IMG/VR virus record: IMGVR_UViG_3300007504_000006
Coordinates: 1-64,000 of that record
Reading direction: 5' to 3' (one strand)
DNA length: 64,000 nt
DNA from: a virus
Part shown: one piece after another, positions 9,728 to 19,316 of the stretch
Layout: every line of letters begins with the position of its first letter
Numbering within the stretch: position 1 is the stretch's first letter
Notes under the pieces: model-generated
Told to the model about the DNA's origin: nothing
Seen by the model: the letters and a program-made list of their open reading frames with translations, nothing else
The model's database searches: none
Translations under genes and position numbers: made by a program

Positions 9728-11015
9728 CTAATTTTATTTCAAATAATTTTTTACTATCAGTTAATAGTGGCATTTGTAATCCTTCGAGTGCTTTTTCAGA
9801 ATTAATCTGGCCTTCAACTTGTTTATTAATCTGTCCTATTGTATTAGTTAACAAACCAGAAAAATGTAATGCACCTCTTAATGTTTCTAATTGATCTTCT
9901 TCTGGCATTAATAAGATAGAATCCATATTACCCGAACCTACCCGACCATATGCTATAATATCCATTGCCGCCTGCTTTTGCATTCTAGCCATCCAATATT
10001 TTCGTTCTTCTGTGTCGTCTTCTTTTAAATATTCGTCTAAGTTTTTTTCTTTTGTTTTTTCTAAAAGCTCTAAATATGTTCTAAGTTCGCGTTCACATTG
10101 ACTCATTTTTCGTTTAAAAACAGTTATGTCGTACATTAAGTCTTCGAGCTTAATAACCATCAATTCTTTTTCTAACTGATCCGGTTCTTTTTTAATGTCT
10201 CGTTCAATTATTTTTACACGAACTTCTGCTTCTCGTAAATTTCTTACAATAGATTTATATGCATGATATCGTGTTTCTAACTCCATAAATGATTGATGAA
10301 TTTTTTTGTAAGGAGTTATTCCTGTTTTTTGCACAAAATTAATAGAAGAATAATTAGACTGCCCATTATCAAATTGAAGGGCTGTTTCTAATACTTTTTC
10401 TTCTTCGGGCGAAAAACTTAAATGGTCTCTTACCCAAGTGTCTACTTTTATATTTGTTACATCGCTACTTACAATATCTGTTTTATTGTGTAGCATATCT
10501 GGTAAATTATTTGTTTGTTCCATAAGTCGTCCAAAACTATTATTAAAAATTTTATTATAAATTGAAAATAAATCTTCTCGATCTTTATCTGAACTACCGT
10601 TATTAATACATCCTAACGGAAATGCAGTATTTTTATTAAATCTTTCTTCGTCCCATAATAAACAATTTTTAAAATTATCTTTATTATTAATAATTTTTCT
10701 TTTGTTAAAAACACAACCAAATTTGCCTAATGTTTTAGGAAAAAATATACAAAAATTTTCTATTGTATCATGTGTTTTAATATTAAAATATTCTTGTATA
10801 AATTCTTTAAATGTTAAGCCAGTTTTAAATTTTATGTCATCTTCTCTTACTAGTTCATTATTTACGTATTTTAAATATATGTTTTCTACATTTTCTAACG
10901 TCGCATATCCAGGATCTTTGCAACAAGGATTTTTTAAACATGATTGGCATGGTTGGGGTGTGCATTTAGAGTTTTTTTGAAGTTCGTATAATTTTTCTGT
11001 TACTTTTTTAAACAT
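9672..11015 (-). CDS. Cys-cluster (CxxCxxxCC, YkgJ-like) N-terminal domain fused to a coiled-coil phage protein
   Basis: CQSCLKNPCCKDPG...GCVF...CLLW...FPLGC, then a helical C-terminal half (WMARMQKQAAMDIIAYGRVGSGNMDSI). Confidence 0.55.
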   Translation of the reverse strand: MFKKVTEKLYELQKNSKCTPQPCQSCLKNPCCKDPGYATLENVENIYLKYVNNELVREDDIKFKTGLTFKEFIQEYFNIKTHDTIENFCIFFPKTLGKFGCVFNKRKIINNKDNFKNCLLWDEERFNKNTAFPLGCINNGSSDKDREDLFSIYNKIFNNSFGRLMEQTNNLPDMLHNKTDIVSSDVTNIKVDTWVRDHLSFSPEEEKVLETALQFDNGQSNYSSINFVQKTGITPYKKIHQSFMELETRYHAYKSIVRNLREAEVRVKIIERDIKKEPDQLEKELMVIKLEDLMYDITVFKRKMSQCERELRTYLELLEKTKEKNLDEYLKEDDTEERKYWMARMQKQAAMDIIAYGRVGSGNMDSILLMPEEDQLETLRGALHFSGLLTNTIGQINKQVEGQINSEKALEGLQMPLLTDSKKLFEIKLDEENIQHTDQSKIDGTTI

Positions 11016-12025
11016 TAAAAGTTTAATTTGTTGCCTATATAAGGATTAATAGGATCAGGTAACCATTTTGCCTTTGGATCATCTTCTGTTGTTTTTTCAT
11101 TTGTATCTGTATTAAAGAAGGCCATTCGGTTTCCTTTTCTATTATAGTCTATTTCACCATCTTCTTTTATACCTGGGTCTACCCGTTTTAATGTTTCTGC
11201 CTGTTCGGTAGGCATCATTATACCAAAATAATCTTCATATACAATATTTAAATCCCATATTGTTGTGCATACTTCTACTTTTTTTAATATTTTTTGAGAC
11301 TTAACTAGCATAGTAGAAAGTCTATCTTGATATTCTTCTGCTTTTTCTAATATTTTATTTGACAAAGTTGTTTTATCAAAACTTCTTTCTGTTGCAATAT
11401 AATCTAAAAACGGAGTTACGTGAGCAGGATCATCTTCACCATACGTTAAAAATTCTCTTGCTTCATGTTTTTGTATTTCCCAAGTTGCCGCTTCTAATTC
11501 AGATACATTTTTAATAAATTTTAATTTCTTACTATATTCATTTTCTATAATTTCTTTTGCATATTTTTTCATAAAAGATAATGTAAAATCTTTCATCTCT
11601 TGAGTAAAGTCTATTGCTTGTTTCCAATGTTCATCAGGTATAGCAGGAGTCCAATCCCAAATTACTCCATCACCAGTTTTAAGAACTTTAACAGTATCTC
11701 GTATTTCGGCAAAATGTACAGTACCAAAATAGAATTCATCTTTTGTTATTTCTTCAAACGATCTACCTAGTTGTGGTCTAATTGTTTCTAAAAGAGAATC
11801 ACTTATTTCTACCGCAGATAAACCTAATAAATTATATTTCGACTCACATTTAAAATTTTTATCTTGAAATTCACCACCTGTAATATATGCCTTAATATCT
11901 TCTTCAGGAATTATAATATATCTTAATTTTGCGTCAGGAACTGTCGGACCCGTTACTGGAGTTGGTTCAGTTACAACTGGATCAAAATCCATTGGTGTTG
12001 TTTTTGTCAGGTTATGTGCTGGCAT
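11015..12025 (-). CDS. hypothetical protein, possibly a fibre assembly/accessory protein
   Basis: 336-aa ORF translationally coupled to both neighbours; ELEAATWEIQKHEARE...TPFLDYIA.ER motif. Confidence 0.6.
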   Translation of the reverse strand: MPAHNLTKTTPMDFDPVVTEPTPVTGPTVPDAKLRYIIIPEEDIKAYITGGEFQDKNFKCESKYNLLGLSAVEISDSLLETIRPQLGRSFEEITKDEFYFGTVHFAEIRDTVKVLKTGDGVIWDWTPAIPDEHWKQAIDFTQEMKDFTLSFMKKYAKEIIENEYSKKLKFIKNVSELEAATWEIQKHEAREFLTYGEDDPAHVTPFLDYIATERSFDKTTLSNKILEKAEEYQDRLSTMLVKSQKILKKVEVCTTIWDLNIVYEDYFGIMMPTEQAETLKRVDPGIKEDGEIDYNRKGNRMAFFNTDTNEKTTEDDPKAKWLPDPINPYIGNKLNF

Positions 12026-13170
12026 TAACTTACCCCTACGTCACAAACAGATGCGGCACCTGTACTACAAAATCCTGATGATTGTCCATAATGTCCTTTA
12101 GGCATACATGCGGCTCCCATTGTTGTTTGAGCATCAGTCGAATATACATATTTTACAGTCCAGTTATTTTGTTGGCCATTATAATCGCCCATTGTATAAC
12201 CCCAATCTTGGCCATCTTCTTGATTTTCTTCACCATTAGAATGATTTTTACCTGGAGACGATAAAACTGCTCCATTACTATCAGCAAACTTATCTTGTCC
12301 GCTTGTAACATTAGTACCAGTACCTACATAATGATGCCCGTGTTTAGAGGATATTGCTTTACATTGTCCATCTGTTCCATAGGTCCAAGTACCGCCTGAT
12401 CCCATTGATCTATTAGACCAATTATAAGAATATTTGTTATTTCCCGCATTCATTAACCAACCCACATCTTCACCTTGGCAACCTGTACCTAATCCTGATG
12501 ACGAAGCAGTAGCGGCAGTATACATAACTTCTGAAGCAAAATGTAAAGAATGAGAAGTTGTACCGTGTGTACCTCCTGCCCATAATCCTTCTTGTGTTTT
12601 TATTCCGGAAGCAGTAGCACAATCATGAACACTAGTACTAAAATTCCAGCCACCTACGTGATTGCCATAACCACTAGTACCATAACTAATTCCTTCAGTT
12701 AACGGATTGTAACCTACGTATCCGTATGAAACACCACTAGAAGAAAAACCACCTGTTGTAGTTATCTTTCTTGTTTGTCCATTTGCGAGACTGTAACTAG
12801 ATAAATTTGTACCGGCAGTAGTATGACCATTATTTTCTAGATATCCATTATGATCGCTATATGTGCCTGACAAATAAGATCCTTCTCTATCTAATTGTTC
12901 CCCACAATAAAGGGTAGTATCTGTTTGATGCCAGGTTTTATTTACAGCCCGCCATGCATTAGATCCTTTATAGCCTGCCGCCAAATAACCATGTGTATAT
13001 ATAGATCTATATCTCCAACCTGATGCTAATGCAGACCCCGGACTACCTGGATATTGCCAGTAAGCACCTTCAGCGGCATCACCTGCCATTAAAAGGCCAC
13101 CTCTTGCTTCTTCTGATGTAGCGGGTATTCCTTGTTCGGTTCTTCCTCTTGATCGAGAATAAATTGTCAT
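12025..13170 (-). CDS. Gly/Ser/Thr-rich virion/fibre-tip-like protein, probably a beta-propeller
   Basis: Repeated GY.AGY / GW / GYTMGDY blades; directly downstream of a fibre gene (ATGA overlap). Confidence 0.55.
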   Translation of the reverse strand: MTIYSRSRGRTEQGIPATSEEARGGLLMAGDAAEGAYWQYPGSPGSALASGWRYRSIYTHGYLAAGYKGSNAWRAVNKTWHQTDTTLYCGEQLDREGSYLSGTYSDHNGYLENNGHTTAGTNLSSYSLANGQTRKITTTGGFSSSGVSYGYVGYNPLTEGISYGTSGYGNHVGGWNFSTSVHDCATASGIKTQEGLWAGGTHGTTSHSLHFASEVMYTAATASSSGLGTGCQGEDVGWLMNAGNNKYSYNWSNRSMGSGGTWTYGTDGQCKAISSKHGHHYVGTGTNVTSGQDKFADSNGAVLSSPGKNHSNGEENQEDGQDWGYTMGDYNGQQNNWTVKYVYSTDAQTTMGAACMPKGHYGQSSGFCSTGAASVCDVGVS

Positions 13171-16100
13171 TGTACTTCCTCTAGCATTATTTTATATCGC
13201 TTCCCATTATTTCTATTTATTAAGTACATACTTTCCTCACCTTCTTGCATAACCCACGAACCTTTAGTTCCGTCTACTTCGTTACCAGATCTATCTGGTT
13301 TATCATTACTCATTATTAAGTCAGCAGTACTAATGTCATTGCATGTTATGTCTTGGCAACTAAGATCACCTGTAGTTGTTATATCGCCTGCATACATGTG
13401 AAAATGCCCATCTCTGTCAATTTTAAATTTATCTGCAACATTTCCTAAATTATGTTGTGTACCAAATACTAAATCCATACTATCTGCTAAACTAATAGAA
13501 CGAATTGCTTTTATGTATGCTCCCACTCCGGCATCATGTTTAAACTGCATTTGAACAGTTCTTTCAGCAGTATCATCTCCGGTGTTTTCCATTATTATAT
13601 CTAAATCTGTAGTTTTTGTTATATTAACATCACCACCATCAACATCTAACAGTACTCCTGGTGTTGCTGTTCCTATACCTACTCTATTATTAACAGCATC
13701 AATATGAAACGTAGGTGAATCCCAGGAACTATCTACATATGTTTTAACTGCTTTTTGGGATGGAACAAGAGTATCACTATTTGCCGCAAATGTTCCGTCT
13801 GTATCTATTGCTGATCCGGTAATACTTGTATTAACTGTGACCGTATCCATTATTGGTGAATTAATAGTAGGACTTGTTAATGTTTTAAGTGTTAATGTTT
13901 GGGTATCATCAAGGGTTACAACCGTTGCATCAATTGCAACTGTTAATGTATTAACTGCTCCGCTTGTATCGATACCTGTACCACCTGCTATTGTTAATGT
14001 TTCAGAATTTAATAAAATTTCTAACGATCCAGAATCACTATAAACAGGAAGGGCACTTGCAGTTAATGCTTGTTCAGGTATAGTATTCGAAACAAAATGT
14101 GGGTTACCATTTTTAAAATAAAATATACCGCCTGTTGTTGGAGCAGTTGGAGAAGTAATATTAGCATAATCTGTTTCTAAATGTATACCTGTTTGAGTAG
14201 TTAATATACCACCTGCAGGAATATATAAAGGTCTATATGCACCATCTTGTACAATTAAAGGATCCGAAGGATTTGATTCTTGTTGGTTTATATGAAGTAA
14301 TGCTGTCGGAGCACTTATACCTATACCTACACGACCTTCTCCATAATATGTAGATCCTGCAACTGAACCTATGTTCCAACCAGATCGCATATCCTTTATT
14401 TTAAACTTTGCAGAAGAATTATCCCAAACTAACGACCAATCATTATTTCCTATACCTAATGTACCAGTTTCAACATCGGCTAAATTAGTTAAATTTTCTG
14501 CTGTTATATTTGCCAAATATCCTGCACTAGCATGGTTTCCCCATCCGTATGCAACAACACCTTGTTGAGCATCTTGGCTTACTTGTGGATCTAATATTAT
14601 TGTTCCTGTAGATATTATAGTAGAACCGCCACCTTGAAGTTGTAACCCTGTGCCAACCGATACTCCGGTTAATGGTGTTACCCATTGTAATAAACTACCG
14701 GTTGTACTTAAAAACTGGCCTGCTGTTCCACTATTGCTTATATTCAATTCTTGTATACCGACGTTTGCCGCAGGTAAATTTAATTTTCCACTAGTAACTG
14801 TTAATGTTACATCTTCACCTGCTGTAATTTGAGCCGCAGTTCCTAACGTTATTTTTTCTACTTCTAATCCTTGGGAGGTTGCAGTTAAGGTAATTGGATT
14901 TCCTCCACCAAACCTAATACTTGATGGTACTTGTAAAGTTCCTGCATCATCTGTTAAATTTATAGATCCTAAATCTAATGTATTTGTGTATACAGTATCC
15001 CATATTTTAGAACTAGATCCTATATCATATGTAGACGTAACAGAAGGTAAAACATGTTCAGTAAGGGATCCTACTGCAACAGACCAAGTTAATTTTTTAT
15101 CTTCCACAGTATTGTCTGTTACTATACTAACACCCGATCCTGCAACAAATTCTAATTCCCTTGTAGAATCTATAGAAATAGTAGGTTGACCACTAACAGA
15201 TACTGTAGTAAGATAGTCTCCAAATCCTACTTTTAATACACCCGGACTTGTTTCTGTCATAGTAAATCCTGATGCAACATTAAATTCTACACTAGAAGCA
15301 TTTGTAAATGTTTGGTTATTATATTTAAAATCTGCTGATGAAGGAGATATCCAAATAAAACCTCCTGAAGATCCTAATCCTAATACTTGCCCTGTTGTTC
15401 CGGATCCACCTATATCCATTTCTGGTATGCCAACAGCATTTGGTGATATTGAACTAGCAGTAGAAAATGTTGCTCCCATAAATCTTACTTTTACAAGAGC
15501 ATTATATGCCGGAGGACTTGTAAATGTTAATGTTGTTCCTGTTACGGAATAAGCATTGTCTGCTCCAGGTGTTTGAATTACACCATCTACTGTTACTAAT
15601 AATTGATTAGGTGTACTTGCTAATTGTGATAACGTATATGTCGTTGTTGAAGCATCTCCATAAAAAGTATCTATGTAATATGTGCTTGCTGACAATTTTG
15701 CAGGAGTTATACTACCATCTTGCACAATGGTTTGTACTGTATCCATATTAAGAAAAGTAACAGATATTTCTAAATTGACTGGTATATTTTCTGGAAATAC
15801 AAGTTTTGCCGGACTAGTACCTACAATAGTATAGGTTGATGGTGCTTGATATAAACTATCAACATGAACAAGAACATCAACAGGCTGAGTAGGAACTCTT
15901 GATAAATCAAATTCTTTTGTATTCCCATCAGCAGTAAAAGTGTCAACTGATAAATTTGCTTGAGTAGTCGAAGCAATAGTTATTTTTCCATTTGTAGGAT
16001 CGGTTGTTAATTGAATGCCAGCACCAGATACCATTTCAAGATCACCTGATTCAGGTATTGTTAAATCTGTTTGTCCTGAAACTTTAATAGTATCTAAAAG

Positions 16101-16436
16101 AGTGCCTTCAGTAGGAACAAATTTTGTTAAAACACTATCCCATTTAAGTAAATTACCATCTTGTAATCCTGATTCGTCTATATCACTTAAATCTAATAAT
16201 GCTCCGCCTCCTAAAGATCCCCAAATTGATTGAGTAGAATTATTAGGATCTTTTGAATATCCTTCAAACTTACCTGTTGTTGCGTTATATCGTATAACAC
16301 CTTCAGAAGGAGTAGTTGGGCGTTCAGCAGTTGAACCAGTAGGTATAGATAACCCTTCTACTCCAGTAAATGTAGCATTTCCCTTAATAGTTGGGTTTGT
16401 TGCAAATGTTTTTCCTGTTACTACTGTTCTACTCAT
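13167..16436 (-). CDS. tail fibre-like structural protein (1089 aa)
   Basis: P.GSTAERP...G.IRYN..TGKFEGY, F.GDGSTTTFTL-type repeats, GRVGIG..P...LHI modules, C-terminal DLIMSN...DGT.GSW..QEGE domain. Confidence 0.75.
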   Translation of the reverse strand: MSRTVVTGKTFATNPTIKGNATFTGVEGLSIPTGSTAERPTTPSEGVIRYNATTGKFEGYSKDPNNSTQSIWGSLGGGALLDLSDIDESGLQDGNLLKWDSVLTKFVPTEGTLLDTIKVSGQTDLTIPESGDLEMVSGAGIQLTTDPTNGKITIASTTQANLSVDTFTADGNTKEFDLSRVPTQPVDVLVHVDSLYQAPSTYTIVGTSPAKLVFPENIPVNLEISVTFLNMDTVQTIVQDGSITPAKLSASTYYIDTFYGDASTTTYTLSQLASTPNQLLVTVDGVIQTPGADNAYSVTGTTLTFTSPPAYNALVKVRFMGATFSTASSISPNAVGIPEMDIGGSGTTGQVLGLGSSGGFIWISPSSADFKYNNQTFTNASSVEFNVASGFTMTETSPGVLKVGFGDYLTTVSVSGQPTISIDSTRELEFVAGSGVSIVTDNTVEDKKLTWSVAVGSLTEHVLPSVTSTYDIGSSSKIWDTVYTNTLDLGSINLTDDAGTLQVPSSIRFGGGNPITLTATSQGLEVEKITLGTAAQITAGEDVTLTVTSGKLNLPAANVGIQELNISNSGTAGQFLSTTGSLLQWVTPLTGVSVGTGLQLQGGGSTIISTGTIILDPQVSQDAQQGVVAYGWGNHASAGYLANITAENLTNLADVETGTLGIGNNDWSLVWDNSSAKFKIKDMRSGWNIGSVAGSTYYGEGRVGIGISAPTALLHINQQESNPSDPLIVQDGAYRPLYIPAGGILTTQTGIHLETDYANITSPTAPTTGGIFYFKNGNPHFVSNTIPEQALTASALPVYSDSGSLEILLNSETLTIAGGTGIDTSGAVNTLTVAIDATVVTLDDTQTLTLKTLTSPTINSPIMDTVTVNTSITGSAIDTDGTFAANSDTLVPSQKAVKTYVDSSWDSPTFHIDAVNNRVGIGTATPGVLLDVDGGDVNITKTTDLDIIMENTGDDTAERTVQMQFKHDAGVGAYIKAIRSISLADSMDLVFGTQHNLGNVADKFKIDRDGHFHMYAGDITTTGDLSCQDITCNDISTADLIMSNDKPDRSGNEVDGTKGSWVMQEGEESMYLINRNNGKRYKIMLEEVQ

Positions 16437-16448
16437 TTAAATAGTCTC

Positions 16449-19307
16449 CTATAATGCTGTTACATCTTTAACTACAATTATACCATGCATGGGGGCATGA
16501 GCCGTACATTGATAAATGTAATTACCGCTTATTACTTGAGGTACTGTCCAAAATAATGTACCATCAATTTTTCCTTGGGCACTTGAACCATATGACCAAA
16601 CATTAGACGTACTAAGATGCCTTAACCCTGTATCATATGCATTAGTTGTGTTTCCTGTAACACCTTCACCTGCGGCTGTTTTTATAACAAATCCGTGGCC
16701 CGAACAATCTAATGCAAATGCATATGTATGGCCGCCTATAACATATATTGTAGGACTTACTGCCGCACTTCCACCTAAGTCATTTCCTGTTACCGCAATT
16801 GTATCAATTGCAAAATATGTATTTGATATTACATAATCATACACTGGCGTTTGAACAAAAAATGTTCTTGCCGCGGCACGTCTTGACTCATATGCGGCTT
16901 CAGCCGCCGCAAAAGTTACAGTATCATTAGTGGAATTTGTTGTAATGGTTATTCCTGTACCTTCAACTAAAGTTACTGTATCACCTGGTTGATCAGCAGT
17001 AAGAGAATTTTGTCCAGATACTGCAATATTTTTATATGTATCTTGTGTTACTGATGACGCCGCAATTGTTAATGTATCGGTTGTGGAATCTGGTGTAATT
17101 GTAACATTAGAACCACCCACAAATGTTAAAGTATCTGTAGCCGAATCTGCTGTTATTGTGCTACCACCTGATACTGCAATTGAAGTAAATGCTGTTGTTG
17201 CTTGGGCAGAATTAGTAATTGTTATACTATCGGCACTATCGTCGGTTGCGATTGCAATACCTGTTCCTGCAATTACTGTTAATGTATCACCTGTTACAGA
17301 TCCATTATCAGCAACGACATCATTTTGTCCTTGAACACTAACTGTTCCAAAAGCAGTAGTAGGAGTTTGGTTACCACCACCTGATGCAGTAGAATTAATT
17401 GTTAAAGTTTGAGCGGCCGCATCGGTTGTTATTGTGACATTAGTTCCTGCAACAAATTCTAAAGTATCTTCTGAGCCTACCGCAACAACATTGTCTTGTC
17501 CTGAAACAGAAATCGTTTTAAAAACATCTGTACTTAAAGAAGAATCAATAGTAAGAACATCACCAGCAATACTAGTTGTAATATTAGTACCACCAGTAAC
17601 AGTTAATACGTCTGTCGAACTGTTTGCTGTTACTGTTCCAGTATCTGCATTTAGGGTTGCCCATAAATCTTGAGTGGTTCCTCCGCCACCGCCACTACCG
17701 CCGGTGTTTGTAATTGTAATAGTATTTCCTGCTCTTGTAGTATCTATACCAGTACCACCAGCAATAGTAAGTTCATCTGTTACACTTGTTGCTTCTGCTG
17801 ATCCTCCCGAATCTGCTGTAACTTTATAATATACACCTGATGGAACTTCAGTCGATTTTGCTACTTTAATCCATTCTCCACTATTACTAGTTGCAGAATA
17901 ATATAATTCATTATTTGCTACACCTACGCAACCCGGATAAGTTGCCGCATCAATTGCACTTTCTAATCCGCTTTTTAATGAAAAGTTATTTTTAAATTTT
18001 GCATTATGCGGAACTAAAAAATCACCATTAACAGTTAATCCTGTTGCTACTTCTGTTCCTGTAGTTTTTATTATTAAAACACTTGTGTCATGATTTTTAA
18101 AATCAAATAAAGGTCTTGTTGTAATTGCTTCTGGCGTACCATACGAATAATCTACTACTTCTCCGCCTTTTCTAACTATGAAATCCATCATAGAAGTAGT
18201 ACCAGTATCCTTTGCTGTAGGAACTTCACCGATAACACTCATACTAGCAAGAGTTGTACTAGATTCTACTCCTCCTCTAACAGTAGGAGCCAACGTTGCT
18301 GTTGTTGTAGATCCGCTTGACATTTCTACAAAATCATTGGTAGCATCTGAAATTGTACCTCTAAAAAATATTTCTCGATTAGTACTAGCAGGATGATTTA
18401 TTTGAATTTTACTACCAAAGGATAATTGATTTTGAAATATTACATCTCCTCCAAATGTAATATCTCCGGCCAAGGTATAATTACCTGTATTTTTAACGTA
18501 ACCAGGTTCAATTGAAAATACGTTATTGTTTAAGTCTAATCCGGTACCTGGAGTATATGCCAAATCTGGAGCATCAATTGTAATTTCATTAGCATTTTGT
18601 GTTAATGTAATATTAGTACCTTGTTTGATACTTCTAAATTGTAAATCACCTGTAGTATTATCTTTAGCAAAAAATACTTGTACTTCACCTGCACCTCTAT
18701 TAGATGCTAAGTTTGATTCGCCTGTATTTTCTACAAATTCTAATGCGGTTTCGCCTGTGTTAACTCTTAACCATTTATGTTGTTCGCCTGTATAATTACT
18801 TGGAGTATCTGTAAGTCCGGTAAAATCAGAGGAACCGCCTCCTCCGCCACCACCTCCAGTAGGCATATCTACTGGTTTATATTGTTGTGCATTAGATTGG
18901 TATTGGAGTATTTGTCCATCAGTAATGCCCGAATCATCTACATTTAATAAATTAGTAAGATTCTGAGTTGTTATATTTTTTAAGTAACTTTCTAATGAAT
19001 GATCACCCCAAGAGTAAGCAGTTTGTGCATTTGTAAGAGTTGTTTGTGTACTAGCATCTAATGCTATTGTACCAGAAGCAGTTATTGGGCCGCCATCTAT
19101 TCCTGTACCAGTATCAATCTGGGTAACAGTACCTGTTCCAGTACCTACAAATTCGCTATGTAACAGTATTCGGTGTCCTCCTATAGTGGCTCCGTCATGT
19201 ACTCTTAATGTGTTTAGGTCAGTATCTACTGTTACTTCGCCTTGAGCTCCTGTAAATGAAGCATGTTGAGTAGTACTTCCTCTTCTAAATTTTACTTCTG
19301 TACTCAT
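16449..19307 (-). CDS. tail fibre-like protein with an Mtd_N-like N-terminus and a C-terminal cupredoxin-like domain (952 aa)
   Basis: VKFRRGSTTQHASFTGAQGEVTVDTD...VHDG at the N-terminus; about 6 repeats of F..I.VSGQ....AD...DTLT..AGT.I.ITT; C-terminal YQCTAHAPMHG. Confidence 0.75.
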   Translation of the reverse strand: MSTEVKFRRGSTTQHASFTGAQGEVTVDTDLNTLRVHDGATIGGHRILLHSEFVGTGTGTVTQIDTGTGIDGGPITASGTIALDASTQTTLTNAQTAYSWGDHSLESYLKNITTQNLTNLLNVDDSGITDGQILQYQSNAQQYKPVDMPTGGGGGGGGSSDFTGLTDTPSNYTGEQHKWLRVNTGETALEFVENTGESNLASNRGAGEVQVFFAKDNTTGDLQFRSIKQGTNITLTQNANEITIDAPDLAYTPGTGLDLNNNVFSIEPGYVKNTGNYTLAGDITFGGDVIFQNQLSFGSKIQINHPASTNREIFFRGTISDATNDFVEMSSGSTTTATLAPTVRGGVESSTTLASMSVIGEVPTAKDTGTTSMMDFIVRKGGEVVDYSYGTPEAITTRPLFDFKNHDTSVLIIKTTGTEVATGLTVNGDFLVPHNAKFKNNFSLKSGLESAIDAATYPGCVGVANNELYYSATSNSGEWIKVAKSTEVPSGVYYKVTADSGGSAEATSVTDELTIAGGTGIDTTRAGNTITITNTGGSGGGGGTTQDLWATLNADTGTVTANSSTDVLTVTGGTNITTSIAGDVLTIDSSLSTDVFKTISVSGQDNVVAVGSEDTLEFVAGTNVTITTDAAAQTLTINSTASGGGNQTPTTAFGTVSVQGQNDVVADNGSVTGDTLTVIAGTGIAIATDDSADSITITNSAQATTAFTSIAVSGGSTITADSATDTLTFVGGSNVTITPDSTTDTLTIAASSVTQDTYKNIAVSGQNSLTADQPGDTVTLVEGTGITITTNSTNDTVTFAAAEAAYESRRAAARTFFVQTPVYDYVISNTYFAIDTIAVTGNDLGGSAAVSPTIYVIGGHTYAFALDCSGHGFVIKTAAGEGVTGNTTNAYDTGLRHLSTSNVWSYGSSAQGKIDGTLFWTVPQVISGNYIYQCTAHAPMHGIIVVKDVTAL

Positions 19308-19316
19308 TTTGTTTCC

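Noticed and set aside
16449-19307. Diversity-generating retroelement suggested by the Mtd_N-like N-terminus
   Set aside because: No reverse transcriptase and no TR/VR pair in the window. The duplicated domain at 6203/13167 differs at many non-adenine, mostly synonymous positions.
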